A DNA stretch of 64,000 bases from an uncultured Nitrososphaerales archaeon (GCA_963709405.1 CAVPXM010000069.1:32001-96000), one strand, 5' to 3'. Shown: positions 10,195-21,118, counted from the first letter of the stretch. A program made the numbers and translations. Notes: generated by a model from the sequence alone, not told the origin.

Positions 10195-11740
10195 TTGAAC
10201 CATAATGCTAATATGATAATGCCGGTATCAGATGAACTAAAACGCATAGCAAAGGGCGAAATACTCTCTGATGATTGGAGTAAAGTAATATACTCTGTAG
10301 ATGCAAGCCATTACTCTATTAAACCATCAGTGATTGTATGTCCATTAGATGAATATGATCTATCGAAAGTATGCCAGTATGGGTATTCTAAAAATATATC
10401 CATAACTGCAAGGGGTGCAGGTACGGGACTTTTAGGACAATCACTTAACGATAACATTATCATTGATTTTACGAAGCATATGAATAAAATCTTGGAGATT
10501 GGAACTGATTACGTTTTAGTCCAGCCAGGATTAGTTAAAGGTATATTAGATAAAGAATTGAAGAAAAGAGGAAAATTCCTTCCCCCTGACCCAGCTAGCA
10601 GCAACTGATTGTACTATTGGCGGTATGATTGCAAATAATTCGAGCGGTGTTCATGCGTTAGGTTATGGTAGCACAATCGAGTTTCTAGATATGGCTAATG
10701 TAGTATACTCTGATGGTAGTTTTGGATCCGTTAGCAGTAGTAATACTAGTAGTTCTGGTAAAGAATCTGATGATGAGAAAATTGCAAAATTGTACAGATT
10801 ATTATCACCTCACATAGAACTAATACAGAAACAATATCCGAAAGTAACAAAGAATTCGTGCGGTTATCGTCTTGATGCAGTAATAAACAATGAAAAATTT
10901 TATCCACATAAAATATTTGCTGCTTCAGAAGGAACGTTAGGAATTGTAACTTCGGCAAAGCTAAAGATCATTGATATTCCTTTGTATAGAGCTACGATAG
11001 TGTTTGGCTTTAAGGATTTATTATCTGCTATCTCGGCAGTGCCTGTTGTTTTACAATTCTCTCCTGTTGCTCTGGAAATGCTTGATCATACTGTGTTTCG
11101 TAATCTTGATGTTGAGGCCTCTCCAAGAGTCATGGATAGTGCTAGTGATGGAGGTTCTCTATTATTTGTGGAATTTGCAGACGACACTCTTATTAATGTT
11201 GAGCAAAAACTTACTTCGTGCAAGGATAAATTATCTTCTGTATCTACGACTTTAGAGACTGTGACCGATGAAAATAGCTCCAGACAAATATGGGGAGCAA
11301 GAAAAAGTGCATTAAATAATGCTATGAAAATGACTGTAGGAAGCAGGAAGCCTGTAGGCTTGATAGAAGATACGGTGGTAAGTCCAGATATACTTTATGA
11401 TTATACTAGATTTCTGCTACAAAAATATAATGATAACAAGTTAGACTATGTAATATATGGTCATGCTGGAAATGGAAATTTACATACAAGACCTATGATC
11501 GATACAGAATCAAAGAGTGAACTTGAATTATTTAATATTCTAGCAGATGAAGTTTTTACTAAAGTAATTAGTTGTGGTGGAACTATAACAGGTGAACATG
11601 GTGATGGCATAGCCAGAACTAAGTATATCGAATTTATGTATAGTGCCCAAATAGTTTCAATTTTTGAGCAAATCAAAAAATTATTTGATCCTAAATTTAT
11701 CATGAATCCTGGCAAAAAAGTAATTAGATCTGATCTATAG
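10195..11740 (+). CDS. FAD-linked oxidase (GlcD / D-lactate dehydrogenase-like); single frameshift
   Basis: Motifs RGAGTGLLGQSL, PPDPASSN/YCTIGGMIANNSSG, SEGTLGIV, GHAGNGNLH, GEHGDGIAR, DPKFIMNPGK. One extra base at about 10607 (aac t[g]at tgt) splits the ORF. Confidence 0.9.
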
Positions 11741-11972
11741 TATTAACTGATGTCTTTGTTGGATCTTTTAGCATTCTTTTGTGGGTTGTCTCAGAATTTT
11801 CATTGTTAATTTGGTTGTTTAGTCTTGTAAAATCACCATATTTTCTTATGCGTTGCTCTATTTGTACAGGAGTTAGTTCAACTTCAAGGTCTCTTCTGAC
11901 TGCATTGGATATTTCTCCTTGCTCTAGTCTTTCTAGCCATTTTACCGCTTCTTGCGCTGCTTGTTGTTCCAC
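11724..11972 (-). pseudogene. Probable C-terminal fragment of a hypothetical protein
   Basis: 82-aa ORF with protein-like helical composition that abuts the pirin fragment without room for a promoter. Confidence 0.3.
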
Positions 11973-11973
11973 T

Positions 11974-12117
11974 CTGGATATCCTTCTAATAGGAGGAGTC
12001 CCATTAAGTGAACCAGCAACAAGATATGGTCCATTTGTTATGAATACTAAAGAAGAGATTCTTCAAGCAATAGAAGGTTATCAAAATGTACAGATGGGTA
12101 AAATTGCTATTCAATAG
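11974..12117 (+). pseudogene. Pirin C-terminal fragment
   Basis: LDILLIGGVPLSEPATRYGPFVMNTKEEILQAIEGYQ matches the Pirin_C motif (GxPLxEP..YGPFVMNT.EEI.QA..DY). Confidence 0.8.
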
Positions 12118-12383
12118 AGATCTTCCTAGGAGCTCCGAGTCTAGCCAGCATCCCTAGCTACAAAATAAGCAACCAAAAACAAGGAACTTAATATAATGCC
12201 AGTATCGTTTTTCTATATACATTCGTGAAGATACCGAATTGAATTTTACCAATTAATCTACCATTTGCATATCTCATAGCAGGACCACCAAGACACATAT
12301 CACAACGCGATTATTGAACCAAATCAAATGTAATAGCAAACCGCAGCCTTATGTGGTCGAATTGCTGATTTGATAATACTTAA

Positions 12384-12947
12384 CTAAGAGTTAACTAGAA
12401 CTACTGACGTTCCGTTAGTCAAGGTATCAAATGCAGGCGAAAACCTCTTTCCAAGTTCACGCAGCTCGTTTATTTGTTCTACTGAGGCAGTATCGCTTTT
12501 GATATTCACATTTACTCTAAATTGCTGAGCGCCAGGTCTTACTTCATTAGATATACCAGTAAAACCACGCAGGTCTACATCGCCTTCTACATCAATGCTG
12601 ATGCTATCAATCTGGATACCTCTTGATGTAGCGTGAGCTACAATAGTTTGTGTCAAACATGCTGCTAAGCTACCCATACAACCCTCACATACGGTAGGCC
12701 CCCTTCCCTCTCCTGAGAGCTGATCTGGAAAATCATACTGCATCCTATATTCAGTGTTTCTATCTATATTTTGACCGCCAATACGAAAGGCTTTGGAGTT
12801 AGACGTAACACTAAAACCACCATTCCATTCTGATTTTACAGAAAATGTTACTTTTGCCATTTCTGGCTGATTTCGCATGGAATTATATACTGTATTTAGT
12901 ATTTGCGTGTTTACTCCATTGAATCTATCATTTTTCTTACCATTCAT
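12384..12947 (-). CDS. OsmC-like family protein
   Basis: GPTVCEGCMGSLAACLTQT, VEGDVDLRGFTG, RPGAQQFRVNV, SPAFDTLTNGTSV. Confidence 0.85.
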   Translation of the reverse strand: MNGKKNDRFNGVNTQILNTVYNSMRNQPEMAKVTFSVKSEWNGGFSVTSNSKAFRIGGQNIDRNTEYRMQYDFPDQLSGEGRGPTVCEGCMGSLAACLTQTIVAHATSRGIQIDSISIDVEGDVDLRGFTGISNEVRPGAQQFRVNVNIKSDTASVEQINELRELGKRFSPAFDTLTNGTSVVLVNS

Positions 12948-13072
12948 TTAATGGAAGTAATGGAAGAGGTCTGCAAATAATAACTTTTGTTGTCATTCTT
13001 TGCATTCATGCGGAAAGACAATCAACAATACGGTATAATAATTGCAATATTCACTGTACTGTTGGTGATAAT

Positions 13073-13456
13073 GTGGAGATCGATGATATATTTACAAAAG
13101 AGCATATTCATAGATGGACTAAGGCATGGAATGATCATGATATAAAAGAAATTCTTTCTCTCTACTCTGAGGATATATTATTTCGTAGTCCTAAAATAAT
13201 ATCAGTATATCCTAATCGGACTTCAGGAACAATAACAAACAAGAAAGATTTGGAAGAATATTTTTCTTTAGGTTTAAAGAAATTTCCAATGTTACACTTC
13301 ATACCAATAGACTATTTCTTGAAAAATCATAAAGTAATATTCGAATATAACGCAACCCCTGATAATATAATACAATGGTCTGTAATCGAAAAGTTTGAAT
13401 TCAACAATGATGGATTGATCGAAAAATCTAATGTATATTATGGTGCGGAAGATTAG
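13073..13456 (+). CDS. SnoaL-like / NTF2-family protein
   Basis: WTKAWNDHDIKEILSLYSEDILFRSP...KKDLEEYFSLGLKKFPMLHF. Confidence 0.85.
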   Translation: MEIDDIFTKEHIHRWTKAWNDHDIKEILSLYSEDILFRSPKIISVYPNRTSGTITNKKDLEEYFSLGLKKFPMLHFIPIDYFLKNHKVIFEYNATPDNIIQWSVIEKFEFNNDGLIEKSNVYYGAED

Positions 13457-13696
13457 AGAAGGAACTTTTAGCTAAGCAAAGAACATAATCCAAAGAGTAC
13501 CGTAAAATGGCCTTGTCCGTCTTTGATACCTTTTATACTATCCTTATAATGCAAATGCTACACTATGATGCAAAACTTGATAAGCCATACTATGAAATAA
13601 ATCTTGACTTCAAGAATAAATTCTGTGACTGGAATACCACTGTGCTTCACACTATCTGGGCTTGTGATTTTAACTAAGACCTGCGGTTGTATGAAT

Positions 13697-14462
13697 TCAG
13701 CTCTCAGTCTTCGCAGTCAGATTTTCTGTTCCTGCTAGATGTAATAACACAAAACCAAGGCTACTCATATCTACGTCTCTAGAGTCACAACTGCACAACA
13801 ATACAACACCTATATGCTTGGTAGGAGTAAAGCCTACAAAGGCATCCCAACTATTGATTGATCCAGTATGAGCTAGGGTCTCGGCTCCAAAATTAGTAAG
13901 CACTCGCCATCCTAATGCTACGTATTCTGCATAATTCATTGGATTAGTGTTTATACCTGGATGTCTTATTAAATGCTGGAGTTGGATAGCAGCATCTAGT
14001 TTGGTATGAAGGAAGCCCAAATTAGCAGATACATATTTTAGCAAATCACTAGCAGTTGATCGAAACGCTCCGGCTCCTTCTATTACTGCTGCTATTATTG
14101 GTGTATCGATCTCTTTGCCATTATGATGACCGACAGGAAACCTATTCTTAATATCATCTTGTGAGAGAGTAATTTTAGTATCATTCATTCCCAGCACATT
14201 TAGAATTCTATCTTTAATTAGCTGCTCGTATGGAACACCTGCTTTCAAAGATAATATATGTCCGAGTAACCCCAAGCCAAGGTCTGAATACTGAAATTTT
14301 GACCCTGGCTCCCTTGTTAGGGTAAAATTAGATAAGGCCGTGTACAACTGATTTGTTGTATAATTCGAGTTAATCACTCCAACTTTATTGCTTACCCAAA
14401 TATTAGAAGGCAAAAAAGGAAGTCCTGAAGTATGTGTTGCCAAGTCTTCAAGTGTTATACTC
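13697..14462 (-). pseudogene. Serine hydrolase (class C beta-lactamase-like), 5'-truncated
   Basis: ITLEDLATHTSGLP, PGSKFQYSDLG, GAGAFRSTASDLLKY and HTGS are present. The N-terminal SxxK region is missing because the sequence breaks at about 14462, just before the divergent P450. Confidence 0.8.
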
Positions 14463-14529
14463 GTATGAATGAGCTACCATTTGCTAACCACAACATGCTT
14501 AAATCAGACCTATGTATCCTTAGAAACAT

Positions 14530-15798
14530 ATGAATATCTTTCCTCCTCTTGAACAAAGGTTAAACCCATTTAAGTTCTATGCAATGATGAGAGGATCCAA
14601 TCCTATCGCTTATGATGATAAGAATAAGCTATGGGGGATATTTCGCTATTATGATGTGCAATCGATATTGGGTGATTATACTCATTTTTCTTCAAACCCA
14701 CCGAGTCCTCAAAGTGGTAAACAATTGTTGGATGATGGTAGACAACTACCCTTCTCTCGGCCAAGTCTTCTTAAATCTGATCCTCCATATCATAGAGTAC
14801 TACGGGGAGTAATCGCATCGGCCTTTACACCTATGGCAATAGCTCGGCTGGAAACTCGAATCGAGAATGTAGCGAATCATTTGGTAGATCGAGTAATTAA
14901 AGAAGGACACATGGATCTTGTATCTGACCTCGCATATCCACTACCGGTAACAGTTATCGCCGAACTACTAGGAGTCCCAGTTGAAGACCGTAATATCTTT
15001 CAGGGCTGGGCAGACAAGTTGGTTTCCTCAGCTGGAGGCGAGCTAAACGATCAGCCAAACTCGACTAAAAACCTAATTACAATACAATCTGAAATGGATG
15101 AATATTTTGGCCCGATAATAGATACCAGGTCTAAGGATCCACGACAGGATCTTATAAGCAGCTTAATAAGGGCAGAGGCTGACGGTAACCACTTAACTAA
15201 AGAAGAAATACTTGCTTTTTGTACCCTGTTACTGCTCGCCGGACATGTGACCACAGTCAATCTTATAGGAAATGCTGTTCTTTCACTTCTTCAATATCAG
15301 GAACAGTTCAAACTTCTGAAAGATGATATTTCAAATTCTCTAATTCCTTCTGTGATAGAAGAGACACTACGTTACCGCTCTCCAGTGCAGGCAGTCTTTC
15401 GAATTACAAATCGAGGCGCAAAAGTCGCGGATCAATCTATCGGGTCTGGACAAGGTGTAGTAATATGGCTCGGATCAGCAAATCATGACGAAAAAGCATT
15501 TCCTGATGCTGACAAGTTTGATATATCTAGAAATCCACAAGGTCACTCTCATGTAGGATTTGGTCATGGAATTCATTTTTGTCTGGGCGCACCTTTAGCA
15601 AGGCTTGAGGGAAAAGTAGCAATTAAAGTAATTCTAGAGCGTCTAAAGGATCTCCAATTCGAGTACGAACGAGGTACTGACCTAGTTGAGGGTTTACCAC
15701 AAAACGTAAAACCATTGCATAGTTTGTTCTTTCACGGCGTATCAGCTCTGCCCCTAAAGTTCAGACCGGGTATTCCCATAGGCTCGAAAAGCGATTAG
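14530..15798 (+). CDS. Cytochrome P450 (bacterial CYP107/109/113-like type)
   Basis: DPPYHRVLR, I-helix LLLAGHVTTVNLI, EETLRYRSP (ExxR), heme motif FGHGIHFCLGAPLARLE. Confidence 0.95.
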   Translation: MNIFPPLEQRLNPFKFYAMMRGSNPIAYDDKNKLWGIFRYYDVQSILGDYTHFSSNPPSPQSGKQLLDDGRQLPFSRPSLLKSDPPYHRVLRGVIASAFTPMAIARLETRIENVANHLVDRVIKEGHMDLVSDLAYPLPVTVIAELLGVPVEDRNIFQGWADKLVSSAGGELNDQPNSTKNLITIQSEMDEYFGPIIDTRSKDPRQDLISSLIRAEADGNHLTKEEILAFCTLLLLAGHVTTVNLIGNAVLSLLQYQEQFKLLKDDISNSLIPSVIEETLRYRSPVQAVFRITNRGAKVADQSIGSGQGVVIWLGSANHDEKAFPDADKFDISRNPQGHSHVGFGHGIHFCLGAPLARLEGKVAIKVILERLKDLQFEYERGTDLVEGLPQNVKPLHSLFFHGVSALPLKFRPGIPIGSKSD

Positions 15799-16267
15799 AA
15801 AGACAAAGACTTGATACATCTTAAATGCTGGTTATTGAATCTTAAATATTGTTTTTAATAAATTACATATATGGATGGCAATCCGAAATACGATTGAGGC
15901 AAGGATGCGACCAACTTTATGATCGTGACACCGCATTCTTTCGACAAGCAGCCTTTTCATGACTATGATGACTGGATTAGGATGTTGTGTTTTATTTTAG
16001 CATTCTAAGATAGGCATACTAAGTTGAGTATTGGATACGAAATTATGGTCTCCTAATCTTCATTAAACAGAATTAGTTATACTGGACTTATGGCGATATA
16101 CGTAGACCAAATATTTACCCAAGATATTAATTAATTAAGTCTTGAGCATCCCACTCCATGAAAATTTAGTAAATCGTAGTAGCTGTGTCTATAAGTTGAC
16201 GTGGAGTATCTAGATACATGATTTTTGAATAGTAATATTAAAATCAAAGACCCTGATCTATTGATCT

Positions 16268-16423
16268 ATGGCAGGAGCATGTCTGGCTAGCCTTGCTATT
16301 TTGGCAGGTGGACTCTCACTTGTATACGGAGTAGGATGGTATAGAGATAGAAAACAGAATGGAAAAACTAGTAGAGATGTAAAGGTAAAAGAAAAAAGAC
16401 CTGAACAATCGATTATTAATTAG
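16268..16423 (+). CDS. Small single-pass membrane protein (51 aa)
   Basis: MAGACLASLAILAGGLSLVYGVGWYRDRKQNGKTSRDVKVKEKRPEQSIIN*: a TM helix followed by a basic tail. It is below the ORF-track cutoff. Confidence 0.45.
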   Translation: MAGACLASLAILAGGLSLVYGVGWYRDRKQNGKTSRDVKVKEKRPEQSIIN

Positions 16424-16673
16424 CATCTCATAACTATACAAGATAACTTTTTTGCTTGTTATGATCTAGAATGAAGAGAGCAGGACGCTTTGCTTGCCGA
16501 GTTAGGCAGATTATAGTATCAAATCCTACAAGAAATTCGGTATTAAGCTCAAATATAAAATTTACAAAAATTTGATCAAGGGATCAAATTATTTCTATTG
16601 CATATTGTATATCAACGATAAAGGATTTATTGATGACGGTGTTTATGAATATCAGCAGAGGAGGAGGAGAATA

Positions 16674-17342
16674 ATGTCTAGTTCCAATTATGATTTAAAT
16701 GATAGCCCCAATCATTTCATGGTGCTTGATGCCATAACTAAAGGCGTTGACAGCATAGACAAGATTGGGAAAGCTACTAAATTGCCTAAAGACGAGGTTG
16801 AATTGATTGTTAATGATTTATTGACCCAAAGATTGATAGTCAAGGTTGAAAAGAAGGGGTTCATATTTCTCAAGAAAAAGGTAAACTTGGGTGTTACTGA
16901 AGTGGGAATCAAACTTCTAAATGCAAAAAAACAAGAGTTGGAAGAAAAAAGACAGCAGATGCAGCAGTCGTTTGAAAACGGTAACGGTACCCAGCTGCAA
17001 GGCTATATGGATGCCAATAGATCATGGATACCTTTGATGTTATTTTCTGGAATAATGGATATTATGTTTTTCACATCAATGATGTCTTTTATGGGATTGG
17101 GAATGAATCCTGTAGAGAGTTCACTGGTATCAAATGATGGCTCAGTCCAGGATACGGGGGGCAATACAGGAGAGGCACATCATGTCAATGACCAGAGTGG
17201 GACAGCAGGTAATGACGACACGAGTAGTATTGACAGCAATGTTGATGGCAGTGCTGCTACTGATTCTGATGGATTCGCTTCGAGTGGAATTGATTCGGGT
17301 GGATTTGACGGTTTTGATGGAGGAGGATTTGATAGTTTCTAG
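16674..17342 (+). CDS. Hypothetical protein: winged-helix-like N-terminus, Met-rich hydrophobic segment, Asp/Gly-rich tail
   Basis: Likely ATG at 16674 after ggaggag. FMVLDAITKG..IDKIGKATKLPKDEVELIVNDL is HTH-like; WIPLMLFSGIMDIMFFTSMMSFMG is hydrophobic; the protein ends GGFDGFDGGGFDSF. Confidence 0.75.
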   Translation: MSSSNYDLNDSPNHFMVLDAITKGVDSIDKIGKATKLPKDEVELIVNDLLTQRLIVKVEKKGFIFLKKKVNLGVTEVGIKLLNAKKQELEEKRQQMQQSFENGNGTQLQGYMDANRSWIPLMLFSGIMDIMFFTSMMSFMGLGMNPVESSLVSNDGSVQDTGGNTGEAHHVNDQSGTAGNDDTSSIDSNVDGSAATDSDGFASSGIDSGGFDGFDGGGFDSF

Positions 17343-17685
17343 AGAATTAATACTCAAGAATATATTTTATCTATCACGATATCTGCAAACTAAGGCAGAG
17401 TTTTAGCAAACAAATTTCTCGTTGTATGTTGGAATAGGAAGAAGCCTCCAGCTTGTACTAATGACACCGTTCAAAAGAACAATCGATTATTCAAAATATA
17501 TGTTAATTAATCTTTTTTCAAGCAGAATAAAATCAGCATAGCATAGATAGGTAGTAATGGATGGCATGATTATTAAAGGAGAAGATCCTGCATTGAATTA
17601 TATTTCGAAAATAAATTATGACTTATCTACAAAGTATATTTTATTACGATACAAAGGTGTTTTCAGGTGCCGATTCATATGATGG

Positions 17686-18495
17686 TCATCGTAAAGAGAA
17701 TAAAGAGCAAGCATTTTCAGCCATCAACAAATTGTAAGACTGTTTGTCTAGATCCAACTTTTCGACAAATTTCAAATATGCACCCATATCACAAAGTGGC
17801 CAATCGCTTCCGTACAACAACCTATGGGGATCCCCTACATACCTTAATAATTCCTTGATCTTACGCGCATAATATTCCTCATCATATGGTGAAATATCGC
17901 CAACAAACAATCCTGAAATATCAGCATACACATTTTTGTTCTTGTATAGTACCTCTTGGCAATCCACAGTCCATGGATTTCCCAAATGGCACATTATAAC
18001 TTTTAGTTCAGGATTGTCAACGGCTACTTCATCTATGTTCAAAGGATGAGAGAATCTTATTTTTGCGTTACTTGCAAAGGTATCTCCAGTATGAATCATT
18101 ACTGGTTTTTTATATTCTACACACAGGTCATAAACGCTTTGATATCGTTTATCATATGGATAGTAATGTTCGTATCCACAGTAAAGCTTTATGCCTTTGA
18201 TCAAATCATCTTTAAACCATTTTCTATAATCGCTCAGGCCATCGGTGCGATTATCAATTGTGAACGAGGCAACAACTCCAATTTCATTACTACGTCTGTT
18301 AGTATGCTTGATGATTTGTGATGTAGAAGGCCTATTTTGATTGACCCTGTAAGAGGATAGTATTAAAGAATAATCTATATTATGCGTAGCCATAGACCGG
18401 ACCAGTGCATTTATTTTTTCATCTAAAGTGTTCTTGCCGTCATTTCCATAATTGGGGTAATGGTTTACATGAACATGGCAATCAACTCTTTGCAT
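17686..18495 (-). CDS. Amidohydrolase family protein (Amidohydro_2-like)
   Basis: DCHVH, GIKLYCGY, VMIHTG, IMCHLG, YADISG, LLYGSDWP. Confidence 0.9.
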   Translation of the reverse strand: MQRVDCHVHVNHYPNYGNDGKNTLDEKINALVRSMATHNIDYSLILSSYRVNQNRPSTSQIIKHTNRRSNEIGVVASFTIDNRTDGLSDYRKWFKDDLIKGIKLYCGYEHYYPYDKRYQSVYDLCVEYKKPVMIHTGDTFASNAKIRFSHPLNIDEVAVDNPELKVIMCHLGNPWTVDCQEVLYKNKNVYADISGLFVGDISPYDEEYYARKIKELLRYVGDPHRLLYGSDWPLCDMGAYLKFVEKLDLDKQSYNLLMAENACSLFSLR

Positions 18496-18498
18496 ATG

Positions 18499-19194
18499 CT
18501 ATACTGACCGTTTTTTAAGACTTTTATCAATAGTTTGATATCTGGGGTTTAGCCACTCAATCAAGCTGGCATTGTTTAATGACCGTTTATCAAAAAGGTA
18601 ATTTGGTAAAATTTTAATATACTTGAAGCCATTTTTGAGCTGAAAAGATAGAACTGGATCGTGTAGTTCTCCTTTTACGACTCGATCTGCGTATTCATAG
18701 GCAGACATCATATTCGAATATTTACAATAATCATATAATCTACCGCCAGCTAATATTCTTCTCAAATTTAACTTTATGGCTAAATCCTTTCTTGAGTCAT
18801 ATAGCATAGTTCCAATACCCAGATTACGAAATTTTGGATGTGTCGAAAGATCTGCTCCATACAAAGTATCGCCTTCACCGTTATGATTTGAAAATAACCC
18901 ATTTCCAGTTATACCAAACCAATCATGTTCTTCATAGTCAGTTCTTAGTGATACCAATAAACTACTAGATGATCCGACTATCCTACCATCGATTTCTGCG
19001 CAGAATTGTCCATCTGGAAATATCTTGATATGGTTTCTTAGATAGGCGCTTGGAAATACCATCCCATATTTGGCCATATCTGCGAAAGATACTTGTTGCA
19101 ATTTAACTATTTGAGGGATATCCTCTTCTGTGATATTTCTTATTACAATACTATGGATACTAGTCTTATCATCCTTGTAATGATCTCGTTTCAT
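18499..19194 (-). CDS. GNAT N-acetyltransferase (YkwB-like)
   Basis: FPDGQFCAEIDGRIVG, LYGADLSTHPKFRNLGIG, GGRLYDY, DPVLSFQLKNGF; lies 3 nt upstream of the amidohydrolase. Confidence 0.9.
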   Translation of the reverse strand: MKRDHYKDDKTSIHSIVIRNITEEDIPQIVKLQQVSFADMAKYGMVFPSAYLRNHIKIFPDGQFCAEIDGRIVGSSSSLLVSLRTDYEEHDWFGITGNGLFSNHNGEGDTLYGADLSTHPKFRNLGIGTMLYDSRKDLAIKLNLRRILAGGRLYDYCKYSNMMSAYEYADRVVKGELHDPVLSFQLKNGFKYIKILPNYLFDKRSLNNASLIEWLNPRYQTIDKSLKKRSV

Positions 19195-19586
19195 ATGGGA
19201 ACAGAATCTTTTACTGAGTCAATCAAATAAATCTATGGCAATTGAAATCTCCGAAGCATTTTGAGACGATAACATGTACCGATCATTTCTTGAGATTGCC
19301 AGATTTGTAATGCTTTCTCGTAAGTGCGCGAATTAGAAGGGTCAAGTTAGAGAATTACACTGGGGTTCAATAAAAATAAAAATAATAGTACGAAATCAAA
19401 GTTGATAACGACTATTCTACCATAATGAGTTAGAGAGATATATTTTGATGAATGCTGCGACTCTACATGTGGTGGCAAAAGAGTATAGGAGAAAATGTCC
19501 AAGCACTTGAAAAAAAATCAAATCCCAGGGAGTTGTTCTGTTATAGCATCATCTACAACTATACCTCAACATTCGATAGTTATCTA

Positions 19587-19970
19587 CTACCTACCTGCAC
19601 CTGGCAAGCCGAGAACCTTTGTTGGTGATCGGTAACTGGCGTTAACATGAATTCCTTCCTTAGCAGTTACATTTACAGTATTCACAATCGTGTCAGGTTT
19701 TGGATAGAAATAGAATGATTGTCCGGCTTCTAATAAGGACAAATGTTGAATATCACTCGTTCCTTGAATAACAGTTATTCCTGTAATTGGTTTTAATCCG
19801 ATATTTGTCAACCTTATTCTATATTGCGTTCCAGCGATATCTGTGGTGTCTTTTGTCGGATCTACCTCCAATCCGAATTGAGGTCTATTTATTTGCATAG
19901 AATAAAAATAAACTGCTAAGAATCCTGCAACGACAGCTACAATTAGATAATAGATATATCGTTTACTCAT
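19587..19970 (-). CDS. Hypothetical membrane-anchored protein
   Basis: Likely start MSKRYIYYLIVAVVAGFLAVYFY (TM), followed by a beta-rich domain ending PTKVLGLPGAGR. Confidence 0.7.
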   Translation of the reverse strand: MSKRYIYYLIVAVVAGFLAVYFYSMQINRPQFGLEVDPTKDTTDIAGTQYRIRLTNIGLKPITGITVIQGTSDIQHLSLLEAGQSFYFYPKPDTIVNTVNVTAKEGIHVNASYRSPTKVLGLPGAGR

Positions 19971-20017
19971 TGTGTAAGCTTGACGATTACTATATAAAAT
20001 ATCTTTTGAAGACGTTA

Positions 20018-20733
20018 CATCTACCATACAGACAGGCAGAGGGTGTAGTTATAGTTCATGCGAGTACTAAGGTACCATGCATACCAGATTATAGTACTAT
20101 TAGTAGACGTGTAAACAAACAGACTAGATATCAAAATCAATGAAAGATTAGGAAATAATATTGTCATTGCTTTGCTTTAGACAGCACTGGCATTAAAGTA
20201 GCTAATCGTGGAGAATGGATACGGCATAAATGGCATGTTAGAAAAGGATATCTAAAGATACATGTAGCAGTTGACATCAAGAGGAAAAGAATCCTGTCCT
20301 TGGAGGTAACAAGTGAAGAGGTACATGATGGTCAGATCTGAAAATAATAATCTGAAGGGTATATTGGCTGATGGTATGTATGATAGTAATAACAACTTTA
20401 GATACCTATCAAAGAACCACATTAAACCTGGCATAAAGACAAGAAGTAATTCCAAAGTCAAATCAACTAACTGTCACGCTAGGAATATGTCTGTAGTAAA
20501 ACAACACGCAAACTTCAAAAGATGGAAGCGTAGCGTGAGCTATGGATACAGGTGGTTGGCAGAAACGGCATTCTCTTCTATTAAAAGGATGTTTGGTGAA
20601 CATGTAACAGCTAGAAAATTTCCTAACATGGTAAGGGAGATCTTCCTAAAGGCAACTCTGTATAACATGTTCAATCGAATGACATAACCATCGGCATAAA
20701 TGAATTAAATCCTAATGGATCATGCAACAGAGC
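20018..20733 (+). mobile_element. IS5-family transposase relic (5'-truncated, frameshifted) with a surviving right end
   Basis: HLPYRQAEG, PDYSTISRR, DSTGIKVANRGEW, YLKIHVAVD, ADGMYD, YGYRWLAETAFSSIKRMFG. The putative right TIR atgcaacagagc lies at about 20722-20733. Confidence 0.85.
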
Positions 20734-21118
20734 AGCACAGCAGTAAATCGATTCAAGTTGTCTCCCGTAGGAGCAGCGGCGAGAGCAGTGCCTACATAAG
20801 TCTATCTAAGGATCCACTGATTGAATGGATTGAATGGATCATCCAACCTCCAGGCTTGCTGTCATCTAATCTATCTAGATAAATAACAATACTAATTCGC
20901 TTAAAAATGCCTGGAAATTGGAGTACCGAAAGTTACACATTCGAATAATTGAGAGTCATATTTCATTTGATTTGCATAGCCAATAATGAGAGAGCATCGA
21001 TGCTCGATCTTTACAGGAATGTGTTTTTTTGTTAGACAAGAAATAGAATATTATGCAATTGCAAGAAATTTACATATATCGAAGGTGTTAATATAATCCA
21101 GTACACACTGATTGGCAA

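Noticed and set aside
10600-10625. TGA recoding (selenocysteine or readthrough) in the FAD oxidase
   Set aside because: The downstream part is in a different frame. Removing one base restores the conserved SNYCTIGG, so a simple indel explains it.
2478-14462. Antibiotic-resistance island (Vgb-like plus beta-lactamase-like genes)
   Set aside because: Both are broad fold families common in these archaea, they lie 10 kb apart, and the serine hydrolase lacks its catalytic SxxK.
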